From: Haliotis cracherodii
Taxonomy: Eukaryota
Direction of reading: 5' to 3'
Assembly: GCF_022045235.1 (NCBI RefSeq)
Contig: NW_027266270.1
Span: 15,004,001 to 15,068,000, forward strand
Length of the DNA: 64,000 nt
Shown piece by piece: positions 1-11,913 of this stretch; position 1 is the stretch's first letter; the number at the start of each line of letters is the position of its first letter. The notes under the pieces are model-generated. The model had not been told where the DNA came from. It did no database searches and saw only the letters and a list, made by a program, of their open reading frames with translations. A program made the translations under genes and the position numbers.

Positions 1-150
1 CATGCATACTTCACACAGACACAGACTCCGACCCGACCAGTTTTATCCCCTTAATGCCAAGCGCAAGGCAGGGTAACAAGCAGTACCATCTTTTAACTCT
101 AGGTATGACGCGGCCGGGGATCGAACCACTGACCTTCCGCTCTCGGTGTG
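1..150 (-). mobile_element. tRNA-derived SINE family B (Meta-domain-like), partial
   Basis: Reverse complement has B box GGTTCGATCCC followed by the family B body (GATGGTACT..GTTACCCTGCC..GGCATTAAGG), as at 6123. Confidence 0.8.
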
Positions 151-552
151 TCGACAGTGACACTGGCCGTAAATACCACCGCAATTTCAAGAACATGTTG
201 ATTGAAATATTAAGTTGACCGGAAATTATTTTTGTTCCCGTCGTTACAGTCTATGTGACAAACCCCTCGATTATCTAATAATAAGAACGGCAAAGTACAA
301 TATCAAAACATTAGTTTGATTTCACGTTACCTTTGATCATTCATGTATCAGTTCACAGGAAACAAAATTAAAATACCCTTAATTTAAGATCATAAATGGA
401 CAGCATGCCGTCCATACACATATAATGGCCTGGTATATGATCAGTTAGCATTAGGGGTCGTTGTTTATCAGGAAATGCTCCACAAGTAATGGGAACTAAC
501 TATTTCAGACTGCACGATCTGATAATGACAACCTATCATGATGATTTTTATT

Positions 553-760
553 TGCTGTGCAGAGTTGCGTCCCTTCGGCAAGCCAGAAACCTACGATTGT
601 GGGTTCGAATCCCGGTTCGCCACGATTATGTTCCTATGTTTGTTAGCAGTCAGTAAACTTCTGAGACCTGCATCACGGGCTTTCCTCCCACATTAAGCTG
701 ACACGCCGTGACATAACTGGAATACTGTTAAAAGCGGCGTTAAACCCAACTCACTCATTC
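553..760 (+). mobile_element. tRNA-derived SINE family C (V-domain-like), 5' truncated
   Basis: GGGTTCGAATCCC B box, CTTTCCTCCCACA, shared tail AAAAGCGGCGTTAAACCC(ACTC)n; flanked by CATGAT repeats; absent at the paralogous site ~13910. Confidence 0.85.
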
Positions 761-1818
761 ATGATTTTTGTATAATTTGAAGAAGACTTTGTAATTGAGC
801 ATTTACATGAATAGTTAGGTCTGCATTCTTTTTATGGATTTAACTTGAAACAAGTAGGGCTGTTATGGGCACGTTACAGTATAGTTATGAAAGGCTTCAG
901 TTTTGCCTACTTGTAAGTCGGTTTATAATGAGAAATGAAAAAATAGGAATTAAAAACAAATAAATTTCGTTAATGTTATTGAGCATATACTAGTATTGAG
1001 TATAAAGGAATGACAAAGACTACTAACACCACAGAATTGGGAGAGATACTTATGCATGTACATGCTTTCCAGGAACAAAAATCCACTGTAAATATAAAAC
1101 AGTAGTTTCGATTTTTTGCCGAAACAGATTCCATTGCGCGAAGAGCGGTGAAAACTATATGAATTGATCACTGATGACACCAGGCTTTTCGAGAAGCCCT
1201 GCCCTACCTGTACCTTATGCCGCTTCAACAATCTGTTTGTCTCCTTACGCCGCACAGCAGTTCTTCTGCCACTCGACGACGGCCTGTAAACCAGACAGAC
1301 AATATATATTGACCAGATAATAGTGTTAGCTGATGTCCCATCAGGTCTCTGCTTGACTACATCTGTGATACTGACCAGTTTAGGATAACATTTCACAAAC
1401 TATTATGCTCTGATAGTTATTGGGGCGTAGGAATATTGCTAAAAGCGGCGTACAACTATACTTACTCACTCACCCACTGGGACAGTTATCTGTATTCTTG
1501 CATGATTTGGTGAGTGAAGGCCTAAGGCATGCACTGCATGTATGCAGATAATTCTTTTGTTTCACAGCTATACGATGTGTTCATTAACATAAACTGACAT
1601 TTGATCATGGAATATATAATATATACGAAATGTCAAGGCCAAAGAATAACCAGTCTTGATTATCCCATTTGGAAATGCAAAGGCAAAATAGCACTGAAAA
1701 TTATGCATACGGATGACTGAAAATCAATGATGACTCCAGGTCTTCGCAGACTACTTGCTGAAATTGTCACCAATATGACAAACTGACAGCTACAATGCAG
1801 CTACTGGGGATTGTGATG

Positions 1819-2084
1819 CGTGAAGACCCGGGGTAGAATAGGTCTTCAGCAACCCATGCTTGCCGGAAAAGGCGACTCTGCTTGTCGTAAAAGGCGATTA
1901 ACGGGATCGGGTGGTCAGACTCGCTGACTTGGTTGATGCATGTCATCGATCCCAATTGCGTGGATCGATGTTCATGATATTAATCACTGGAGTGTCTGGT
2001 CCAGACTCGATTATTTACAGACCGCCGTCATATAGCTGGAATATTGCTGAGTGCGGCGTAAAACAACAAACCAACCAACCAACC
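1819..2084 (+). mobile_element. Short retroposon family A (structured non-tRNA head)
   Basis: CGTGAAGACCCGGGGTAGAATAGGTCTTCAGC head and GGAATATTGCTGAGTGCGGCGT(CAAC)n tail; absent from the paralogous site ~15320. Confidence 0.9.
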
Positions 2085-2290
2085 TGATTTGTAAATGCTG
2101 ACATCGATGCATTGCGGTATCAAACATTTTATTGTTTTGCTCCGAAATATGTCACATGATGTACAGAACGACGTGATATCAACATGACATCGTTACAATA
2201 GCCGACTGGGCCAACCATGCACGCGTTGTTATGGTCTAGAAACGTAACCCAACCATACAGTCTGATGAGAGCATACGTTTCCAAATGTGA

Positions 2291-2607
2291 TGGGGCACGG
2301 TTAGCCAATGCGCCCATAGCACCGCATGTCGCTGTGCAGAGTTGCGTCCATAAAGCGTGCCAGGAAACTATGATCGGGGGTTGGAATCCCGGTTCGCCCT
2401 GGTTATGACTCTCTGATATAGTCGGAATCGTACAATCTAATGTTTTTGGAGATTTCTAATGGAAAGAGATTTGTCGCGATCACGTACCAAAGATGTAAAC
2501 GTCTTAGACCTGCATCACTTCGAATTTTCTTCCAACGCCTACCAGACGAGTCGTAATATGACTGGAACATTGTTCAAAGCGGCGTTGAACAAACTCACTC
2601 ACTAACT
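2291..2607 (+). mobile_element. SINE family C, diverged
   Basis: GGGGCACGGTTAGCC head, GGTTGGAATCCC B box and CGGCGTTGAACAA(ACTC)n tail. Confidence 0.75.
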
Positions 2608-3376
2608 CGAAATGGGAACTTCCTCTTGAATCATGTTGATAATGACAATATCACATCAAACAAATATTAACAAATATTTCAAGTTTCTTTTCTATTTACT
2701 GCTCTTTAAGTAGAATTTGTATGACTCCTGGCAAAATATAAAATCTTTCCATAATCATTTTATTTTTTTCATTTTAAAAGAGTATACTTGTCGAAAGCTG
2801 GCATTTATTGATCAGCTAATTTATGATATTTCTGTACGCTCGATTAAGGCATTTTGCTATTTCTTGAATTTTCTTCACATATTCTATTAGGCTCAGTGAA
2901 TGATTGACGTTGATGACAAGATGCAACCTATACGAAAGAATACTGGACACTTGGTTGATGTCAATCACACACAATAATATGCACGCCACAATAGTTGGTT
3001 ACTGGCAACTCGATGCTGTCGATCAATCTTTTTCGTTCATCGTGTGACAATGGAATGTCATGTAGCTCGGAATAATAGCCCGTGTTCTTGTCTCAAATAG
3101 CTTGTCAGAACTGAAATTTTAAGTAAGAGTATAAATGTTTGAGACAAAATGCCAATGTATTTGATTGTAATAACATAAGGACGCCAAGTGTCAACTGCAA
3201 ATCAATTTTCGCAATGTTCGAATCTATATATTCAATATTCCTATTTACATATGGACAAGCTTTTCATGCTGAGAGAAATCGAATTACATTTCGAATGTAT
3301 GGCCTCGTTCTGCATGGCCATCTCAGCACCAAAACTGTCTTAACTTCCGTTAACACGTTCCGTTACGTTACGTTAA

Positions 3377-4028
3377 AGGGGAAGTGTACACACAAAAATC
3401 ACTTTCTATCTTTGTCTAAACAAAACGCAATGTTAGAATTAGTTGGTATCTGTGTTTGAAAATATACACTCATTTTTTTCACAGTGAAAGTAGGAAGCTC
3501 ACAATAGTGTGAAAATGCTATGCCGTTTTGAGGCCTTCGTTTTTCGAGCTAAACAGGCCTGAGTTATCCCCCTTAGATTATGATGTAATTGGTGCCAATT
3601 CAACTGGGTCCCTGTCTATTCTCAACGCAAAAGATATCAAGTACCAGTTTGTGGTAAAACAACATGGCCTACGACACACTCCGGCGCAGTGGTGACCCAG
3701 CATAACACTATGCTGGCTGGCATCTGAGACGCTAGAATCACACACCTGTACCTACACCACGTGAAGCGGCTCTAACAAAGCATGATGACGTCATAATGTT
3801 TATCAGTTGGCACCAATGACGTCATATTGTAAGGGGCATAAGCCATGGTGTTTTTGTTATGGAAATAGAACACTTGGTAAATGTGAAAAATATAAATCAT
3901 TTTAATGCAAAAAATATGTCAATTATTAGTGATATTTTTATATTTTTGTCTATGACACTTCTAGGTTAACACTTTTAATGTGGAAAAAGTACAAGAAAAA
4001 CAGGTTCATTTCCGTGTGAACTTGCCCT
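3377..4028. mobile_element. Kolobok-like non-autonomous DNA transposon
   Basis: TTAA on both sides (3373-3376, 4029-4032); imperfect TIRs AGGGGAAGTGTACAC / GTGTGAACTTGCCCT; internal inverted repeat 3569-3600 with 3805-3836; absent from the paralogous sites ~16550 and ~31905. Confidence 0.75.
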
Positions 4029-4232
4029 TTAACAGAGATTCGCGATACAGATATTCGTAACAGCCTATTCTACTTTTTACCTTCTCCGTAAAACCCATGG
4101 CAAATATTAAGATTCCTTATCCATGACGCCTTCATCAGGAATATCAGCAGCTCATCACATGGTCGTAGGCACCGTTATTAGTTGCGCAGAGTAGCGCCCA
4201 TTGGCCATGCAAGGATCCGCTGTGTGCGTCCA

Positions 4233-4499
4233 CCCGTGACGATCCGAGGTAGAATAGGTCTTCAGCAACCCATTATTGCCGTAAAAGGCGACTATGCTTG
4301 AAGTAAGAGGCGACTAACGGGATCGGGTGGTCAGGTTCGCTGACTTGGTTGATTCACGTCTCCGTATACCAATTGCGTGGATCGATGCTCATGATGTCAA
4401 TCACCGGATCGTCTGGTCCAGACTCGACTATTTGCAGACAGCCGTCGTGGAGCTGTAATATAGGTGAGCGCGGCGTTAAATAACATGAAACAAACAAAC
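4233..4499 (+). mobile_element. Short retroposon family A
   Basis: CCCGTGACGATCCGAGGTAGAATAGGTCTTCAGC head and (CAAA)n tail; empty site at ~32092. Confidence 0.9.
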
Positions 4500-5572
4500 G
4501 GAAACGTTTGAGTCCAATAGTTAGCCCTTTTATGTTGTTAGCTGCTAACTTAGCACCATACCCGTTTGGGCAGGGTTGGACTTTCGTCCCACAATAAAGC
4601 TGGCATTTTTGTTTCGTGGGTTGTTTTACGCAGTAGGAATCAATATTCAAGCTACGTACTGGCGCCCTAAGGCAAACAAGATACATCTTAGTCGCTTTGG
4701 ACAACAAGCAGTAGAGTGTTTGGGACCTATTCCATCCTAGGTCGTTAATCGCAACCCTTTCACTATACTTAAATCCCAAACCATGGTTAAACAGATAACA
4801 TTCATCATTCCTGCCGTCAGATGCTAGCATTGTTATTGGAGCAAGTTTCAAGTTTCAGAGATTTATCTCAATTACTGCAACACAATTACACAGGGAACCT
4901 ATCCATTAATAAACGAATAGGTTTCATACACACAGTCTTGTGTTCACCATGCGAATTGGATATTATGGGACGAATTATATTTCTTCAGATGTGGTTTTTG
5001 TCTCAAAACTGAGTCCGGAAAGCAACAATGTAGTTCCGCCTGGTCGTGTAATGAAGTTGTTTATAAACCGGATTGGACAATTCGTAGGGATAGTTCTTCT
5101 ACATGTATATTAATATATCGACAACCACATGGACAAAAGAATGCCTAATGTTTCACATTAGGTCATGGTCATGTGCAGAATCGATGACTTTGTACATGTA
5201 ATTTGGAGCAAACCAGTGGAATCAATCTCCACATATTAGCCAATTATGGCTAAATTGAGTTATGTTTGACGACGGTCTATATGCCATCAACTGATATTGT
5301 TCAACTACACGACACACAGGGAGACACTGGGAGGTTGGGGACGGGGGTGTCGTTTCTCGAATTTCAGCTAGGATGAATAAATAAATACATTTTCAGAACT
5401 TCAAATAATGCCGTTGTCGTCTTTAATTTCCACGAGGTTCAAGGAAGAGAGTTTTTATTATACCATACACAGCAATGCAATCACCATTCACGTGGTATTG
5501 ACATTGTTGGCGTGATAGTCAATGACGTCACAGTAGGTATTGACAACATATAGCATTACTGACCTTATAATA

Positions 5573-5852
5573 GTGAGTGAGTGAGTTGGGTTTAATGCCG
5601 CTTTTAACATTATTCCAGTTATATCACGGCGTGTCAGCTTAATGTGGGAGGAAAGCCCGAAGTGATGCAGGTCTCAGACGTTTACCACTTCGGTGAAACC
5701 CACGAGCACGGGTATGGTGCTGAAAAACCTAGAAACATAATCGGGGCGAACCGGGATTCGAACCCACAATCATAGGTTTCTGGCGTGTCCAGGGGACGCA
5801 ACTCTGCACAGCGAATCGCGGCGCCTTAGACGACTGGGCCACCCGTGCCCCC
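5573..5852 (-). mobile_element. SINE family C, full length
   Basis: 12-bp TSD GACCTTATAATA (5561-5572, 5853-5864); tRNA-like head with A and B boxes; (ACTC)n tail. Confidence 0.92.
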
Positions 5853-6122
5853 GACCTTATAATAAGTGAAGACACAGTAGGTGAGGGTAACACATATATG
5901 ATTATTGGCGTCATGGCGATACTGTTAACTTTTCGTCAGGGCTCTTCACCACAGCTATGACTAAGTTCATTATGAATGCTAATGCAAGTATTCGATCATT
6001 TTTGCAATAGTCTATTTTTTTCAGGAAATAGACTGATTCTCGTTAAATAAACTTCTCTCGACTGCCACTCGCTATTATTCTTTTACCCATATGTCCACAT
6101 AATGGTTTTGTACATGATTCTA

Positions 6123-6468
6123 GACCGCCTCCGTGGTTTAGAGGTAGAGCGTCCGCCCGGAGAGCGGAAGGTCCGGGGTTCGATCCTCAGCCGCGTCATA
6201 CCAAAAGACGTTAACAGATGGTACTTGTTGTTACCCTGTCTGGAGCTCGGCATTAAGGAGCTAAAACAAGGACTGGTCGGCTCGGATTCAGTATCCTTAG
6301 TCTGAGTGGGGTATTCATGTTAAACTGCGGCATGGTATCTCAGTGGGCCAGCACTATAAATCGGCATCAGTCCGGACTAGTACAAGCAGCCACACACACA
6401 CACACACACGTACACGTGCATGCGCATCGCTATATAAGTACAATAGTCTTGGACGCAACGTTAAACTC
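6123..6468 (+). mobile_element. SINE family B, full length
   Basis: A box TGGTTTAGAGG, B box GGTTCGATCC, internal (CA)n, tail GGACGCAACGTTAAAC; empty site at ~21170. Confidence 0.88.
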
Positions 6469-7436
6469 AATGATGTCATAGAAGTGGTTACGACACCTCC
6501 TACTACTGTTGACCCCACGTTGATTGTGTTAACTTCACTCTACACATTTTGATATAAAATACACCATCTGGACACTTAATCGAATTATGATATGATGGTA
6601 ATTTGTGTCCGAGGTTTGTATTTATTGTTAAACATCATCACAGTCCTTTCTTGGAATAAGCAGAAAACACACAGTTCCTGTGATCATCAGTATTTGGCTT
6701 CACTATTCTGCACAGCTATTGGATCGCTATGTGTCCGTTAATAAATATGTTCCGTCCACCGCGACTCCTTCTCCCGAGAAAATACAATGGCCTGTCTCTA
6801 AGCCCTACTCAAAATGACATTAAATTGGTGACTTTCGGCAACCCGAATGCCCAGTTGTGTCAATCCGATAGTGAGCCAATTTAGAAGTGGATTCAGGTAC
6901 AACAATAAGACTATAATCCATTAAATGGGTTTTGGTGTTAGAGATTTGGGTACAAAGACTATGCTACAATGTGCCGATTTGTGAGTGACTCGGGGTTTAA
7001 CTCACTTTGAACAGTGTCTCAGTCATGACAAGCGGCCAGCTTCCCGTGGGGAAAGGTCCGCAGTGATGATCTATGTCTTAGACGTTTGACATTGTGGTGT
7101 AATCCCGCGCTGACGCATCGATTGCAAGGGAGATGTTGGGTGACAAGCATAAAAAAGTCTGTTTTTTGTAAATCGTAACACAGGCCTTTTATCCTATGTG
7201 CATACTATCTTAAGCTCATATGAGCTTTGAAACAGTTATTCTTAGTTTCCATGAAAAGCGACTAATGCACTTTACAATATCATACGTTAACGTGGATACT
7301 GTGGATGCAAAGACGTACATTGGAAACTGACAAACGCTTCATTCAACTTGGATTGCCTGGAGGGAAATATTCGTATCTATTTTCTTGGTAAGACCCTGAT
7401 GAGATTCCGCGGCAGAATTGTTCCTATTACCCCGTT

Positions 7437-7612
7437 CAGTAAACTACGAGTATAACGAACACGCATATAACGAACTTGCGGATATAACGAACTTACTTTT
7501 TTGGTCCCGACTATTTGCTGTAGTTATGCTGTATATATGCTTATAACGATCTACGGTTATAACGAACTAAAATCAGTAGTCCCTTTGAGTTCGTTATAAC
7601 CGTACTTTACTG
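7437..7612. mobile_element. Tc1/pogo-like MITE (176 bp)
   Basis: TIRs CAGTAAACTACGAGTATAACGAAC / GTTCGTTATAACCGTACTTTACTG; TA on the right and TT on the left; repeated internal TATAACGA motif; empty site CCCCGTACTT at ~22455. Confidence 0.8.
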
Positions 7613-8629
7613 TACTTCCGGCAAGTAAGAGGGTCACGTGGTTACAGTGTTGGTTTGAATTCCAGATTCGACGGGATAATGATGCTTTATCAATTCAGAG
7701 GTGACGGTCTATGATCTGCCGGCAAAAATGTTACAAACGTACTTCTTATAACCACTACTTTGAATCAACACAAGCACTCATTCACTCATTCGACGTGCAG
7801 AGGTGTGTCCCTATTATTGAGGGTTCGAATCCCAGAGTCGGTGTCTTTTTAGGTTTGTTAGGATCTTCGTTCTCGTGCGTTGTACTAAAGTGATAAACGT
7901 CTGATATCTGCATCACTCTGAGTATTCATCCCATATCAAGCTGACACGCCGTGATGTAACTGAACTACTGTTCAAAGCCTCGAAAAATCAAACTCATACA
8001 CTCGGAAGAATGACCAATGGACTTTTATCCACAGGAATCCACGCAGAGTTACTGTGACAAAACTATTTACATAATAATAAAACATACACTATTGATTCCT
8101 ATATATCTTCAAAACACGAGACCGCCTCCGTGTTCTTGTGGTAGAACATCTGGCAAATACATTCCGATAAATGCATTCAACATGTTAAGCGTCGATAAGA
8201 TAAATGGTAATGCAGATAAATTAAGAAATGCATTCGACTTTTGTTACACACTCCTTCCAACAATAACTCCGGTATTGTGTTAACTGACTGTCACAAGGCA
8301 AAGCCAGGATGAAAGACGAACGAAAAAAGGTTGAATCTGAATACCTCGAGTCTAGTTCAGAATAATGTTAGTTTCGACGCTTATGTGAGCCAGGGATATC
8401 AATAAGTACTGCAGTGATCGTTGACGCCAAGATGATTGGAATTCCAATACTCAAATGGAGACTTATGGTCTAAAGTTAAGATTGCTTTGTTGAATAGCGC
8501 CAGACCACTTTCTAACTTAAGTCAGGCAGCAACATGGCACCATCAACTGCAAACTTCATTTAAGTAGGACGAATCTATTGCCATTCTGTGAAGAGTGGCT
8601 TCAGTTCCTGATTTATTTGGTCAACTCAC

Positions 8630-8757
8630 TATGTTCAAACAGCCAAGCACTGGTTCAGCGTTTGGTGTCCTGTATGTGTCGCTTTCAGTACTTCTTTCTA
8701 AGTCATCAAGACAGGACTTTGGCGTGGAGTTACGACTGCTTACCACGCTATATCTGT
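8630..8757 (-). other. Candidate cryptic exon (128 nt, Ser/Thr-rich), copy 1
   Basis: Pyrimidine tract, then CAG|AC...ATA|GTGAGT; open frame xRYSVVSSRNSTPKSCLDDLERSTESDTYRTPNAEPVLGCLNI; conserved in three copies. Confidence 0.35.
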
Positions 8758-10747
8758 CTGATCAGATGGTGCAACCTAGAAAAAGTAAGGCGACAGATTT
8801 GACGACTGGTCGAGTTGACTGACTGAATATATCCTGAAGTAATCTGCATGTTGTGTTGTCAAACATTTGCCTCAATGCATGGAATTAAACCTCTGAAACA
8901 TGTACTTTGTGGCTTGTGAGAATTCAGGTGTTTGTATTGAAACATTGTACGTGGTGAAAGAGAACCTGTTCTCATGAAAATGCTTTGCGGGGAGAATACG
9001 TGGAAGTCTCTGACGTTGTCAGTAAGCATGTTGCATGAGTCATAGGTGACCACGAGCGACTCAGTTCGCACATTTCTCGATTATCTTGTCAAACAATAGA
9101 AAGAAGTATTGCGAGGATCTATTTCGTTTTTTCGAGATGATTTCCCTAAAATTATAATATATCAAATGTTATGAGGTGACTGTACAGGGATGACATGCCA
9201 TGAACATTACAGAGTCCAGCTGTTGAAATAAGTTAAGTTCTGTATGCAACATAATTCGAGTATTATTTCAATTTTGATATCAATTTTGTCCATGCCAATG
9301 AATTGCTTGCATATTCAATTTTGAGGTTTAATCACATTAAACAATGCAAATGCAAACAGACTAATTTATATTTTCTGCATATTTTTAACTTCAGTTTCAT
9401 CGCCCTATTTGAAAATAGTCACATTGTCAGGTGCTGCCACATTTAAAACATCAAACAAACATGGCTAATGGGTTTCTGGTATTATGTGGGTGCTCCCCGG
9501 GTCTTCACGGGTGCTACAAAAAACACTTTTACGCATGCGAAACCATCTATATAAATATCCCCTCAAGATTTAATACAATATTACATGTCTTATCATAATA
9601 CAGCATGAACAGGAAAATATTATTGAATAAACGTAGGCTACAGATGGTGTTGCTTTGTGTCACCACGTTTCACTATTTATACAAACACAGCATATTTCAG
9701 TTTCCAACATACCGGGTAATGGCGTTGAGTTCGATGATTATTGTTTATTCTTATGTTTAACTACAGTATGATATTTTATCGTTAACGGGAGCGGAGAATA
9801 AACCAAGGAAGTATTAATTCCAGACAGACTAAACTACTAATAATTGTCAGAATTATGGCACAATGGTAATCATAAATCTGACAAACTACAAACATATCAC
9901 GTTTTCAAAGGGGGAGACCGTTATCACATAGAACGAATTTAAGAAACATTGACTTTGGGTCAGTGTGCACATCAACATACATGAAATAAGGTACAAACCC
10001 AGACCCGAAAATCGATAGAACTTTAGTCCGAGAAACTGAAATCAACTTTTTGACTGAGGGACTTAGTGACCGACCATTAAGTATTACAGGGATGGGTGCT
10101 GGGATTTACCGAAAAAAAATACATTGTTGTTTTTATTTTGGCTCATAGGTTTAAATAAAAGAATTTGCAATCTTCATACAAAATCAAATTAGAGACCAAA
10201 CCAATTAGCCGGTACAAATGATAACAAAATAGAGTTGTTTCGAGTGGATCCACGAACAGTCTGCATCGATAACAAAGAGATACCTCACAACAATTTGAGA
10301 ACATTATTTCTGGCCGTGAATAATATTAAGAAGTCATACTTATGGCTAAAATATTGTCGCATGTTCCAACAAGATCCGAGGAATTTCACCTTGTACATAA
10401 ATCCATCAAAATCCAATTGATACATTTAGCTTCATTTAGTTTCAACTTGGGTTTACACATTGAATTAACACTTATTTTCCTCTAATGTTATCTCCAGTTA
10501 ATACTTGTGTGCTAAATAAATAATCTGTTTCGTGAATCTACTCAGGAGACAGTGTATTTTCTTCTATAAATCTCTTGAGACAATTTGTTGTTTCAGATCA
10601 GTTGCATTCACTAAAATTTTAATAACAACTGTGTCTTACTTATCCTTTACTCAATGTTCAGTAACAAAATATTTTCATTACATAACACATTTCTAGCACT
10701 GTATTTCACGTGACTAATAAGTGATGGCACTTATCCATTATTAACAG

Positions 10748-10808
10748 CCGCTGTCATATAGCTGGAATATTGCTGAGTGCGGCGTTAAACAACAAACCAA
10801 CCAACCAA
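10748..10808 (+). mobile_element. Family A 3' tail only (5' truncated insertion)
   Basis: 12-bp TSD CATTATTAACAG (10736-10747, 10809-10820); empty site at ~26610. Confidence 0.9.
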
Positions 10809-11913
10809 CATTATTAACAGACGGTAAAGAGACTGGAGGCGAACTACATAACAGGCGAAAGTAGACCTAATCATACAGAGCTGAATAAAACTGCTTGAAT
10901 AAATAGGATCATTTCTTATAAAAACATTGTATGTATGATGGAATGTAAACACCACAATTAGATTTACTTAAGAACTGACTTTCACTTTGTCACCAGATCC
11001 GACGTCCACACAACTTGTCCCTTACTATGTAGTAGTTCATATTTCAATGAACTCACTATGTTGTACCTCGCAGGATGTTTGTCTGGATCAATACATAACT
11101 TTATTTAATATCTGGTGTGACTTCATGTTTACAATGACCGCCAACAACTAGCAGTTTAGCAGGATAAATTAGTTCATCAAAAAGAGAGATGACGTGAGCG
11201 CATGTATCCTCAACTTGGTCTTTGGAACATCTGTTAATACCCTTTTATAAAGTATTTTTCGCAGAAAACCTCGGCAGTTCTAAAGACGCCACATTGAACC
11301 TGCAGCTGAAATGTATCAACCTCAGTCCATCCAACCAAACCCTCCAATTAGACTACTTTCATCTCAAATCATTTCAAAAGAAACCATTATCGATCAATAA
11401 ATAATAGTAACATAATGTCTCTGAATCCCACCAAAAGACTGTGGACGAGACGATCTTAAGCAGCAGGTGCTACCAGGCAGTTATGAGGAAGTACCAAACC
11501 CTTCAAGGTTGCTAACATATTGGGCCGTTTTACCACAGGCCATTCCGCTGGGCTACACCATTGCCGTGCTACAACTTCCGTCATATCGACAGCAATATTA
11601 ATGGCCATTGCACATCAAATAGTATGTTCGTACATGATTGACCTAGAAACAGCACCAGACGAGTTAAGAACCCTCACGCTTCGTTTAACGAAAGACAAGG
11701 GACCGATGTGACCCTACTTGACTTAACGTGTCCGAATCTTTCCGAACCAAATGATAGGACAGGCTGTCACAGGCACCTTCATTAGGACACAGACATACAT
11801 TAATGACAGATATTTTGGACCAGCTGCATTGCAGTCTTGGTTCGCGTTGGCGTTACCTTACATTGCTACCTTCTCGGTTGTGATCAGATGCTGATCTTGA
11901 CATAAAACTTATG

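Noticed and set aside
950-1396. 148-aa minus-strand ORF (and the 165-aa ORF at 4354-4851)
   Set aside because: No recognisable domain, the frame is not retained in paralogous units, and the latter runs into a SINE.
1171-7420. Hammerhead ribozyme cores at CTGATGA (1171, 2262, 7396; also 19963)
   Set aside because: None is followed by a stem II plus GAAA and a compatible stem III.
11230-11510. piggyBac-like transposase fragment (TVDETI)
   Set aside because: Only one short motif; flanking residues and termini do not support it.
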